A stretch of 36,562 nt of DNA from an uncultured Clostridia bacterium (GTDB lineage Bacteria > Bacillota > Clostridia > Christensenellales > Borkfalkiaceae). The notes under the pieces were generated by a model that searched no databases, was not told the origin of the DNA, and saw nothing but the letters and a program-made list of their open reading frames with translations. Position 1 is the stretch's first letter, and each line of letters starts with the position of its first letter. Location: the NCBI GenBank assembly GCA_905235765.1, contig CAJOMM010000003.1:1-36562 (forward strand), given 5' to 3'. Below, piece by piece: positions 14,459 to 23,564 of the stretch. Made by a program: the position numbers and the translations under genes.

Positions 14459-17067
14459 ATGGCAGATATGCATATAGACAACATCAAAAAAATTAACGAA
14501 ATGTTGAAAGACGACCTTTTAAATAAACTCGTTTTGCGTTTTAACGCGTCCGAAAAAAGCGTTAAAGAGTTTAAGGGCGTTCTTACCGCAAAGTACGAAG
14601 AGCTTTCTTCTATAAAAGAGACGGAGACGTTCGCGGAAGAACCTGTCGCCGAAGTCGTGGAAGAGGAAAGAACGGAAGAGGTTTTGCGTGAAAAACCTGA
14701 GGCTCCCGAAGTAAAGGAAGAGGTCTCGGAAAACAAGGACGAACAGATAGAAGATTCGCCCGAAACGCCTTCCGTAAATCCCGAAGAAAAAGCCGAAGAA
14801 CCGGCGCCGAAGCCTGAGCAAAAATCCGAACAAAAGCCCGAAGAAACTCCTGAAGAAGAGCAGGCTAAGAAACCTGAGCCCGTTGAAAAGCCTGCGGAAA
14901 CGATTAAAAACGATAAAAAGAGCGATACGGCAAAACCGATGCCGTCCTTTATCGTGCGCAGGGAATTCGTACCGAAAAACAACACGGATACAAGGGCGCA
15001 AAATTTCAAAACTTCGCAGTCGAAGCCGTATGTAAAAGGGGAAAAACCTGCGTTTACGCCCCGTCCGTCTGCAAAAAAACCGCAGAATACTTACGTTGCG
15101 CCGCCCATAGTTCCGACTTCCTCGGATAAGCGTTCTTTCGGCAAGAAGAACAAAGGCGTAGAAAAGAATTTTGAAGAAAAGCACGTTATAAATAAGCGCG
15201 CGCTTATAAAGAACAACGTCGATATAGACGATTTCGATGAAAATAAGACGGGTTACAGAAAGTTCCGTCCGGTCAAAAAGGCGAAGGAAGAACAGCCCGT
15301 AAACACGATGATCACGCAGTGGTTAATACCGAGATAATACCGCTTAAAGTGTTGAGCGAAAAAATCGGAATTACGACGGTAGAGATTACCAAACGCCTTT
15401 TTAAGGAAGGCATTATGAAAACGATAAACGATTCCGTGGACTTCGATACGGCGGCTTTTATAGCCGACGATTTAGGGGTAGAACTGGAATTGAAACTCGA
15501 TAAGACCGCGGAAGACGTTTTGTCAGCCGGATTCGAGGATGTTCTTGACGAAGAAAAAGATCTTGTGCGTCGTCCGCCGGTGGTTACCGTTATGGGACAC
15601 GTAGATCACGGAAAGACTTCTATACTCGACAAGATTCGTAAAACGAACGTTACCGCCGGTGAAGCCGGAGGAATAACTCAACATATCGGCGCGTATACCG
15701 TTACGGTAAACGGCAGCCCCATAACGTTTTTGGACACTCCGGGACACGCCGCATTTACGGCGATGAGGGCGAGAGGCGCGCAGGCTACCGATATAGCCGT
15801 TCTCGTCGTCGCTGCCGACGACGGAATAATGCCGCAGACGATAGAGGCGATAAGCCACGCCAAAGCGGCGGACGTTCCGATAATAGTCGCGGTAAACAAA
15901 ATCGATAAGCCGGAAGCCAATATCGAGAGGATCAAACAGCAATTGACCGACCACGGACTTCTTCCCGAAGAGTGGGGCGGAGACGTTATCGTTTGTCCAG
16001 TTTCCGCAAAGACGGGAGAAGGCATCAACGGACTTTTGGAGAGCATCAATCTTTTAGCCGAAATAAAGGACCTCAAAGCCAACCCCGACAGAAAAGCGAA
16101 AGGCGTCGTTATAGAGGCGAAACTCGACAACAGCAAAGGTCCTATCGCCACCGTGCTTATTCAGAACGGCACGTTGAAAGTGTCCGACAACGTTATCGTC
16201 GGAACGGTTACGGGTAAAATCCGCGCGATGACCGACGACAAAGGCAGAAGAGTCAATTCGGCAGGTCCGTCCGTCCCCGTTTCGATAATGGGATTGGACG
16301 AAGTTCCGAACGCAGGCGATATTCTTTACGCGGTAGAGCAGGATAAACTTATGAAACTCGTAGCCGAAGAGAGAAAGAATAAAGAGCGCGAAAACATGAT
16401 AAAATCCGCCTCGAAAGTTACGCTTGACGACGTATTCGACAGAATAGCCGAAGGCGAGATAAAAGGTCTTAACATTATAGTAAAAGCGGACGTGCAAGGT
16501 TCTGTCGAAGCGGTCAAACAATCGCTTGAAAAACTTTCCAACGACGAAGTACGCATAAACGTCATACATGCGCAGGCAGGCGCAATAAAAGAGTCGGATA
16601 TTATGCTTGCGGAATCTTCTAACGCAATAATAATAGGCTTTAACGTCCGTCCCGACAGCAACGCCAAGCAGATTGCCGAAAAGAGCAAGGTCGACATCAA
16701 ACTTTACAGGGTTATTTACGAAGCGATAGAGGACGTAGAGAAGGCGCTTAAAGGTATGCTTAAACCTAAATTCAGCGAAGTATATCTCGGAAAAGCCGAA
16801 GTCCGTGAAGTGTTTAAGATTTCCGGCGTAGGACAGGTCGCCGGCTCGTACGTTACCGACGGAAAGATTTTGCGCAGCGGAAAACTCCGTATTTACCGCG
16901 ACGACGTTATGATTTGCGAAGGCAACGTTTTGCAGTTAAAACGCTTTAAGGACGACGTAAAGGAAGTCGCGCAGGGGTATGAGTGCGGTATTTCCATCGA
17001 AAAATTCAACGATATAAAAATCGGCGATTATATAGAATGTTATCAAGTGGAAGAAGAGAAAAACTGA
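14459..17067 (+). CDS. infB: translation initiation factor IF-2, split into two ORFs by a -1 frame break within 15247-15337
   Basis: ORF 14459..15337 (292 aa) is an acidic, Pro/Lys-rich N-terminal region. ORF 15319..17067 (582 aa) holds the IF2_N-like segment ([27 protein letters not shown]), the G domain ([18 protein letters not shown]) and the C-terminal domains. There is no SD before GTG 15319. The frames overlap by 19 nt. Confidence 0.9.
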
Positions 17068-17068
17068 T

Positions 17069-17455
17069 ATGAAAAGACGTTCGGGCGGCGTGCCGAGAGA
17101 GCGTAGGCTCAACAGCGAATTCAAAAAAGAAATCTACGAGATCGTTTCAAGAAAGTTGAACGATCCCGAGATTTCCGCTATGTTTTCGATAACGGAAGTC
17201 GAAACTTCTAAAGACTTGTCGCACGCGAAAGTGTTCGTAAGCGTTTATTCAACCGACGAGGAAAAGAAAAATTCCACCTTTAACGCGATAAAAAGAAACG
17301 CAAAAAAAATAAGGTTCGAACTCGGCTCCGTTATGAGAATAAGAACGGTTCCCGAACTGACGTTTTTACTCGACGGTTCTATGGAATACGGAGACAAAAT
17401 GGATAAATTGTTTTCGGAAATAAATAAAAACGGGAAAAATACCGATGAAAACTGA
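17069..17455 (+). CDS. rbfA: ribosome-binding factor A
   Basis: 128 aa. RLNSEFKKEIYEIV...HAKVFVSV..., directly after infB. Confidence 0.9.
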   Translation: MKRRSGGVPRERRLNSEFKKEIYEIVSRKLNDPEISAMFSITEVETSKDLSHAKVFVSVYSTDEEKKNSTFNAIKRNAKKIRFELGSVMRIRTVPELTFLLDGSMEYGDKMDKLFSEINKNGKNTDEN

Positions 17456-18416
17456 CGCGCGTAAACCGTTCGGAATAGCCGAACTTGCCGATAAACTTCT
17501 TAGCGAAGAGAGAGTCGCGCTTTTCTGCCACGTTCATCCGGACGGGGATACTCTCGGTTCGGCTTGCGCGCTGAAAATCGCGCTGACTAAGGTCGGCGTT
17601 AAAGCCGAAGTCTTTTGTTCGGACAGCGTTCCGTTAAAATATACTTTTCTTCCGGAAATAAGAAACGTAAAGAGCGAACTTGACGGCAAGTTTTCGGCTT
17701 TCGTCGCGATAGATAACGCGGAAATAACGCGGCTGGGCGCGTTTGCCGCGGAATTTTCCGAGTTTAAAAACACTTTTAATATAGATCATCACGTTTCAAA
17801 CACACGTTACGCCGCGATAAATTACGTGGTTGACGGGTCCAGCAACAGCGAAAACGTTTACGATATAATAAATGCGATGAAAGTCGGTATAGACGGAGAA
17901 ATCGCCAATCTTCTTGCGCTGGGAATCGTTACCGACAGCGGCAACTTTCACCATAAAAACGTTACCAAGCGCACTTTTCTGTGCGCGGCGGAACTTTTGG
18001 AGCGTGGCGCGGATTTTAACGAGATTTATTTTAACGCTTTTTCAAGACAGAGCCCCGAACGAGTAAAACTTTTTTCGAGAGTCATGGATAAGATACGTTA
18101 TTTCGAGGACGGGAGAATCGCGCTTATAACGGTTTCTCTTTCCGACCTGAAAGAAACGGGCGCAAAACAAGACGAGACGGAAGGTTTTATAGACTTCGTA
18201 ATGGGTATAGTCGGCGTAGAAGTCGGAATTTGCCTTATGCAAACGGACAATAATTCTTATAAAGCGAGTTTCCGTTCTAAAAACACCGACGTCAACGCCG
18301 TGGCTTCGGTATTCGGCGGCGGCGGACATAAACTTGCCAGCGGCTGTAAGATTTCCGGAAGTTACGAAGAAGCGGTGGATAAAGCTGTTTCCACCGTCAG
18401 AAGGTTTTTAGACTGA
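17445..18416 (+). CDS. nrnA: DHH/DHHA1 phosphoesterase (NrnA-type oligoribonuclease/pAp phosphatase)
   Basis: 323 aa. HVHPDGDTLGS, DNAE, NIDHHVSN, and GGGGHKLASG in the DHHA1 domain. Confidence 0.85.
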   Translation: MKTDARKPFGIAELADKLLSEERVALFCHVHPDGDTLGSACALKIALTKVGVKAEVFCSDSVPLKYTFLPEIRNVKSELDGKFSAFVAIDNAEITRLGAFAAEFSEFKNTFNIDHHVSNTRYAAINYVVDGSSNSENVYDIINAMKVGIDGEIANLLALGIVTDSGNFHHKNVTKRTFLCAAELLERGADFNEIYFNAFSRQSPERVKLFSRVMDKIRYFEDGRIALITVSLSDLKETGAKQDETEGFIDFVMGIVGVEVGICLMQTDNNSYKASFRSKNTDVNAVASVFGGGGHKLASGCKISGSYEEAVDKAVSTVRRFLD

Positions 18417-19256
18417 TGACGGGATTTATAAATATAGATAAACCGACGGGCGTTTCGTCGGCGCGCGCCGTTGCCGCCGTAAGACGTAAATTTTCCACAC
18501 CTTGCGGTCATATGGGCACTTTAGACCCGATGGCGACGGGGGTATTGCCCGTAGGAATAGGTAAAACTTCTCGGCTTTTCCCATACCTTTTAGACAAAAA
18601 AAAGGTTTACAAAGCCGTTTTTACTTTCGGGTATTCGACCGATACTTTAGACGCTACGGGAAAGACCGAAAGCGTTACTTCATATATTCCTACAGAAAAC
18701 GATATAAAATCCGTTCTCTCGGCAATTTCGTGGGAGAAATAGATCAGGTTCCCCCGAATTATTCTTCTAAATGCGTTGACGGGAAAAGAGGGTATCAACT
18801 CGCAAGACGAGGCGTTTTTTTTGAACTTCCGCCGAAAAAAGTGGTTATTGAAAGTATTTCTCTTAACGAAAGGCTTTCCCTTAACGAGTTTGCTTTTGAA
18901 ATTTCCTGTAAAGGCGGAACGTATATCCGTTCCCTTGCCAGGGATATAGCTAAAAGCGTCGGCAGCCTTGTATGTCTAAGTTGACGAGAGCGGAAAGCGG
19001 AAGGTTCAATTTGGGAAATTCGGTAGGGTTAGAAGAGTTCGAGGACTGTTCGGATCCCGAAAAATACGTTATTCCGGCGGACTTCGCGCTCGACTTTGAA
19101 AAGTTATTTCTCGAAGAAAAAGACGCGAAAAAAATTCTCGACGGTGTCTACGAAGACCTCGGGTTTAAGGACGGGACGTACAGGGTGTATAACGGAGATA
19201 AATTTTGGGGTGTTGGCGAATCTTCGGGCGGAAAACTCCGCATATACGTCAGATGA
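18416..19256 (+). CDS. truB: tRNA pseudouridine(55) synthase TruB, broken into three ORFs by two -1 frame breaks
   Basis: 18416..18742 encodes GFINIDKPTGVSS..CGHMGTLDPMATGVLPVGIGK..KVYKAVFTFGYSTDTLDATG. 18730..18984 encodes (F)VGEIDQVPPNYSSK..CKGGTYIRSLARDI. 18972..19256 encodes MSKLTRAESGRFNL plus a PUA-like C-terminus. Together they form a full-length TruB. Confidence 0.85.
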
Positions 19257-20140
19257 TGAAAAAGCAAAATACGGTTTTGGCTCTCGGATATTTCGACAGC
19301 GTGCATATCGGGCATAGGGCGGTATTGAAAGAAGCGGTTGCCCTTGCCGAAAAACTTTCCGCAACGGTTACGGTCGTAACCTTTCGCGGAAATCTTAAAG
19401 CAGCGCTCAAAAAAGGTGAAAGAACTTTCGTATATTCCTATTCGGAGCGTAAAGAACTATTAAAAAGCGCGGGGGCGGACGAGATTTGGTTCGCGCCGGT
19501 ATCGGAAAAGTTCTTATCTCTTTCAAAAACCGAGTTTCTCGATCTTTTAAATGAGAAGTTTTCCGTTTGCGGTTATTGTTGCGGTAAAGATTATCGTTTC
19601 GGTGTAAACGGCGAAGGGGACGCCGAGTTCTTAAAAACTTACGCAGAGTTTAAGGCTCAAAAGGTCGAAATCTTGGAAGGCGTTATGGTCGGCGGCGTTA
19701 AAGTTTCCACTTCGCGCGTTAAAGAACTTCTGGGAAGCGGAGACGTGGCGTCGGCAAACAAACTGCTCGTTAAACCGTATTTCCGCCGTTCGGTCGTAAT
19801 TACGGGCGAAGGCGTGGGGAAAACGCTTGGCTATCCTACGGCTAATTTAAGAGAGGAAAAAGGCAGGCAGCCCATAAAGTGCGGCGTATATTTCGGGCGC
19901 GCGGAGGTTGACGGAATATCGTATAAAGCCGTTATAAACTACGGAAACGCCCCAACTTTCGACAGGAAAAACAGAATTTTGGAAGCGCATCTTATAGATT
20001 TTAACGGCAATCTTTACGGGAAAGAAATAACCGTTTTTTTCTACGGATACCTAAGGGATATAAAAAAATTCAGCGACGCCGAAGAACTTAAAGATATGCT
20101 TGTTTCGGATACGGAAAAGGCGAAAAACACCGTTTATTGA
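19253..20140 (+). CDS. ribF: bifunctional riboflavin kinase / FMN adenylyltransferase
   Basis: LALGYFDSVHIGH near the N-terminus and a C-terminal riboflavin kinase domain (GYPTANL...LEAHLIDFNGNLYGKEI). ATG 19253 overlaps the truB stop (ATGATGA). The track start at 19205 lies inside truB. Confidence 0.9.
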   Translation: MMKKQNTVLALGYFDSVHIGHRAVLKEAVALAEKLSATVTVVTFRGNLKAALKKGERTFVYSYSERKELLKSAGADEIWFAPVSEKFLSLSKTEFLDLLNEKFSVCGYCCGKDYRFGVNGEGDAEFLKTYAEFKAQKVEILEGVMVGGVKVSTSRVKELLGSGDVASANKLLVKPYFRRSVVITGEGVGKTLGYPTANLREEKGRQPIKCGVYFGRAEVDGISYKAVINYGNAPTFDRKNRILEAHLIDFNGNLYGKEITVFFYGYLRDIKKFSDAEELKDMLVSDTEKAKNTVY

Positions 20141-20167
20141 TCTTTTCGTGAGGTCGGGGAGGAAGTT

Positions 20168-21013
20168 TTGATAAAATTCGGGCCGAGCGGCAATTCCGAC
20201 GCTTTTCACGCAATGGGCTTTGAAAAGACCGAAGATTCCGCAAAATGGGTAAAAAATATGGGTCTCGATTGCTTTGAATATTCTTTCGGCAGAGGCGTGA
20301 ATATGAGCGACGAGAAAGCCTTGAAAATCGGCGAAGCGTTTTTCGAGTGCGGCGTCGAAATAAGCGTTCACGCGCCGTATTATATAAACTTTGCCAACCC
20401 CGACGAAGAAATGGCGGAAAAATCCGTCGGTTACGTTATAAATTCCGCTAAAAAAGTGAAACTTCTCGGCGGCAAAAGGGTGGTGTTTCATCCGGCAAGT
20501 CAGGGAAAGGCGGAAAGGTCCGTCGCAAACGCGCTTACCAAAGAAAGACTCAATAAACTTTGCGACGCCATATATCGCGAGGGGCTTGAAGACGTTATGT
20601 TCTGTCCCGAAACTATGGGAAAATTAGGACAAATCGGTACGATAGAGGAGATAACAGACTTCTGCAAAACCGATAAAGTTTTTTATCCGTGTGTGGATTT
20701 CGGACATGTGAACGCGAGAGAACAGGGATCTTTGAAAACCGAAGAGGATTACTTCTTGCGCTTAAACTATATGATATCCGAACTCGGGGCGGACAAGATG
20801 AAAAACTTTCACGCGCATTTTTCCAAGATAGAATATTCCGCGAAAGGCGAAGTCAAACATCTTACTTTCGACGACGAGATATACGGGCCGGAATTCGAGC
20901 CGCTGTCCGCAACGCTTAAAAAATTGGAGTTGGAGCCGTATATCGTGTGCGAATCTGCCGGCACTCAAGACAGAGACGCCCTTAAAATGCGAAAAATATA
21001 TTACAATAATTGA
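20168..21013 (+). CDS. TIM-barrel protein of the AP endonuclease family 2 / endonuclease IV-like group
   Basis: 281 aa with a TTG start. SVHAPYYINFANPDEE..KLLGGKRVVFHPAS resembles the Nfo pattern H.sYliNl..p ... l.fHpG. Confidence 0.6.
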   Translation: MIKFGPSGNSDAFHAMGFEKTEDSAKWVKNMGLDCFEYSFGRGVNMSDEKALKIGEAFFECGVEISVHAPYYINFANPDEEMAEKSVGYVINSAKKVKLLGGKRVVFHPASQGKAERSVANALTKERLNKLCDAIYREGLEDVMFCPETMGKLGQIGTIEEITDFCKTDKVFYPCVDFGHVNAREQGSLKTEEDYFLRLNYMISELGADKMKNFHAHFSKIEYSAKGEVKHLTFDDEIYGPEFEPLSATLKKLELEPYIVCESAGTQDRDALKMRKIYYNN

Positions 21014-21038
21014 CTAAATTCTATTTTTTTGATACAAT
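21010..21038 (+). promoter_or_regulatory. putative promoter of pepP-efp
   Basis: TTGACT (21010-21015), 17-nt spacer, extended -10 TGaTACAAT (21030-21038). Confidence 0.45.
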
Positions 21039-21047
21039 AATTCAGAT

Positions 21048-22094
21048 ATGAAAACGTTACCTTATAAAAAAGGTCAGGGATACCTTATAACCGACAGATT
21101 GACGAGAAAGTATTTGTCGGGCGTGGATATTGCGGAAGGATATATCTTATACGCGGAAAAACCTTTGTATTTTACGGACGCGAGGTATTTTTACGCGGCT
21201 AAAGAAAAACTCTCCGGCACAGGGTTTATTCCCGTGCTTAATAGCGGTATTGACGACGTTAAGTCCGCGATAAACGATTTATCCGTAAAAGAATTGTTCG
21301 TCGATTATTCGAGGACCACCGTTAAAGAATACGAACAATATAAGTCTTTTGCCGAAAAGATTTCCGATTGTTCCAACGTCCTTGAAAACGCGAGGGAAGT
21401 TAAAAACGCCGAGGAAATACGTGCGATAGAAAAAGCGTGCAAAATCGCGCAAGACGCGTTGGAGTTTGCCTTCGAAAACGTTCGAGAGGGGATGACCGAA
21501 AGGGAACTTTGCGCTATTCTTGAAAACAAAATGGCGGAACTCGGGTCTTCGGGACCGTCTTTCGATACCATAGTGGCTTTCGGCGCTAACGCCGCCGTTC
21601 CCCATCACGAGACCGGAGATACGAAACTCGAAAAAAATTCGGTCATACTTATTGATACGGGTTGCGTAAGCGAGTCCTATCTTTCAGACGTTACGCGCAC
21701 GGCGTTTTTCGGAGAACCGGACGAAGAGTTCGCGTTTTGTTACCAAGCGGTGCTTGAAGCCAACGAAAAAGCCGAAAGGGAAATAGTTGAAGGAACCGAC
21801 ACGTTTTCTGCGGATAAAATAGCCAGAGACGTTCTCGAAGAAAAGGGATTAGGCAAATACTTCACTCATTCTTTAGGACACGGCGTGGGTATGGAAATAC
21901 ACGAGACGCCGTACCTGTCGCCAAAGAAAAAGGGCGTGAAAATAAGAAACGGCGTCGTTTTCACGGTGGAGCCGGGAGTATATAAAGACGGCAGATTCGG
22001 TATAAGAATAGAAGATACCTGCGTTATGGAAAACGGCAAAACGAGAAGGCTTTTTACGGACGACAAAAAACTCAAAATAATTAAGACAAAATAA
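21048..22094 (+). CDS. pepP: Xaa-Pro aminopeptidase (M24 family)
   Basis: 348 aa. Metal ligands in the pita-bread fold: IDTGC..SDVTRT, HSLGHGVGMEIHE, TVEPG, IRIED. Conserved pairing upstream of efp. Confidence 0.85.
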   Translation: MKTLPYKKGQGYLITDRLTRKYLSGVDIAEGYILYAEKPLYFTDARYFYAAKEKLSGTGFIPVLNSGIDDVKSAINDLSVKELFVDYSRTTVKEYEQYKSFAEKISDCSNVLENAREVKNAEEIRAIEKACKIAQDALEFAFENVREGMTERELCAILENKMAELGSSGPSFDTIVAFGANAAVPHHETGDTKLEKNSVILIDTGCVSESYLSDVTRTAFFGEPDEEFAFCYQAVLEANEKAEREIVEGTDTFSADKIARDVLEEKGLGKYFTHSLGHGVGMEIHETPYLSPKKKGVKIRNGVVFTVEPGVYKDGRFGIRIEDTCVMENGKTRRLFTDDKKLKIIKTK

Positions 22095-22133
22095 AAAGAA
22101 AAAATAAAGGCAAAAATTAAGGAGAAAACAATT

Positions 22134-22694
22134 ATGATTTCAGCAGGAGAATTCAGAAAAGGCGTTACTTTCGAGTATGAAAGTCAGATCTATACCATAG
22201 TGGACTTTCAACACGTTAAACCCGGAAAGGGCGCGGCGTTCGTGAGAACCAAAATGAAGAACGTAGTTACGGGATCGGTTTTGGAAAAAACCTGGAACCC
22301 CACGGAAAAAGTGCAGGAAGCGCACATCGAAACCAAGAATATGACCTATTCTTATAATGACGGCGAACTCTATTACTTTATGGATCAGGAATTCAATCTT
22401 ACGCCGCTTAACTACGAACAGGTAGAAGACGCTTTACAGTACATCAAAGAGAACGACCCCGTAGTAGTCAAATTTTATAAGGGTGCGGCGTTCTCCGTGG
22501 AATGTGAAAATTTCGTAACTTTACGCGTAGTGCAATCCGATCCTTCGGTAAAGGGCAACACCGCTACCAATGCGACGAAAGAAGCGGTTTTGGAAACGGG
22601 CGCCAAAATACAGGTTCCTATGTTCGTTAACGAGGGTGAACTTATAAGGGTAGACACCAGAACGGGCGAATATATGGAGCGTGTTAAGGGCTAA
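22134..22694 (+). CDS. efp: elongation factor P
   Basis: 186 aa. [23 protein letters not shown], with a strong SD AAGGAGA. Confidence 0.95.
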   Translation: MISAGEFRKGVTFEYESQIYTIVDFQHVKPGKGAAFVRTKMKNVVTGSVLEKTWNPTEKVQEAHIETKNMTYSYNDGELYYFMDQEFNLTPLNYEQVEDALQYIKENDPVVVKFYKGAAFSVECENFVTLRVVQSDPSVKGNTATNATKEAVLETGAKIQVPMFVNEGELIRVDTRTGEYMERVKG

Positions 22695-22701
22695 AATTAT
22701 A

Positions 22702-22737
22702 ACCTGCGAAATTCGTTCTTTTCGCAGGTGTTTTTTT
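22702..22737 (+). terminator. intrinsic terminator after efp
   Basis: cctgcgaaa (22703-22711) pairs with tttcgcagg (22720-22728), followed by tgttttttt. Confidence 0.7.
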
Positions 22738-23471
22738 GGGTGAATCTTTTGAAAACTGTTTTGATAACGGGCGCGAGCGGCGCTATCGGCGGCGCAATCG
22801 CCGAAAAGTTTATCGGAGACGGTTATTTCGTCGTCGGTCAATATAACACGGACGAAAATTCCGTAAAAGCGCTGAAAAACAAATTTCCCGATCGGTTTTT
22901 TCCGTTCAGGGCGGATCTGAAACGAGATGAAGACCGTATTCTTCTGACGAAATATTTTAAAAAGAACTTTCCGCGCGCCGGTGCGTTTGTACATTGCGCC
23001 GGAACGGATCTTTATAAGCTTGTGCAGGAAACGGACGCCAAAGAATTAGACGAACTTTTCGCCGTCAATTTCAGGTCGGCTTTTACGATTGTAAAAGACC
23101 TTCTTCCGTCTATGATATCCTATAAGAGCGGCAAGATTATTTTTATTACTTCCGTATGGGGAAAAGTCGGCGCGGCTATGGAAAGCGTATATTCTTCATC
23201 TAAATCTGCGCTTTCCGCCTTTGCGAAATCTCTCGCGAAAGAATTGGGACCTTCGGGTATCACCGTCAACTGCGTTTGCCCCGGCGTTATAGAGTCGCCG
23301 ATGAACGCAAGGTTCAGCGAAGAGGAAATGAACAACCTTAAAAATTCCACGCCTTTGGGAAGAATAGGTAAACCGTCCGACGTTGCGGAACTCTGCCTCT
23401 TTTTGGCGAGCGATAAGGCGGATTTTATTACCGGCGCGGAAATCGTCGTTGACGGCGGTTTTTCGCTTTAA
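22728..23471 (+). CDS. short-chain dehydrogenase/reductase (FabG-like SDR)
   Basis: TGASGAIGGAIA Rossmann motif, catalytic YSSSKSAL (YxxxK), NCVCPGVI. The start is uncertain. The track start at 22728 lies in the efp terminator; in-frame GTG 22740 or TTG 22749 is more likely. Confidence 0.8.
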   Translation: MFFWVNLLKTVLITGASGAIGGAIAEKFIGDGYFVVGQYNTDENSVKALKNKFPDRFFPFRADLKRDEDRILLTKYFKKNFPRAGAFVHCAGTDLYKLVQETDAKELDELFAVNFRSAFTIVKDLLPSMISYKSGKIIFITSVWGKVGAAMESVYSSSKSALSAFAKSLAKELGPSGITVNCVCPGVIESPMNARFSEEEMNNLKNSTPLGRIGKPSDVAELCLFLASDKADFITGAEIVVDGGFSL

Positions 23472-23503
23472 CTTAAAGTATAAGAAATTCTAAAGTCAAG
23501 ACT

Positions 23504-23532
23504 ATTGACAAAACCGTTAAAATGGGGCATAA
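23504..23532 (+). promoter_or_regulatory. putative promoter of purA
   Basis: TTGACA (23504-23509), 17-nt spacer, CATAAT (23527-23532). Confidence 0.55.
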
Positions 23533-23564
23533 TACGTTTTGTTTCTTAAAAAAAAGGAGATAAT

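Noticed and set aside
14640-14940. Apparent repetitive DNA in the infB 5' region (possible tandem repeat)
   Set aside because: There is only compositional low complexity encoding E/P/K-rich peptide. I could find no exact periodic nucleotide unit.
14053-15009. 318-aa minus-strand ORF, the longest unassigned ORF in the track
   Set aside because: It lies antisense to ylxQ and the IF2 N-terminal region. Its S/F/G-rich low-complexity translation mirrors the E/K/P-rich sense strand. It has no SD and it interrupts a conserved operon. It is a shadow ORF.
15319-15321. GTG 15319 as an independent initiation codon for a stand-alone 582-aa IF2
   Set aside because: There is no SD-like sequence in the preceding 15 nt (acgatgatcacgca), and the upstream ORF reads through it. 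A frame break in one gene is more parsimonious, though this is not formally excluded.
23472-23564. Possible purine riboswitch upstream of purA
   Set aside because: The predicted promoter leaves only about 25 nt of 5' UTR, too short for an aptamer, and no conserved purine-riboswitch junction sequences were seen.
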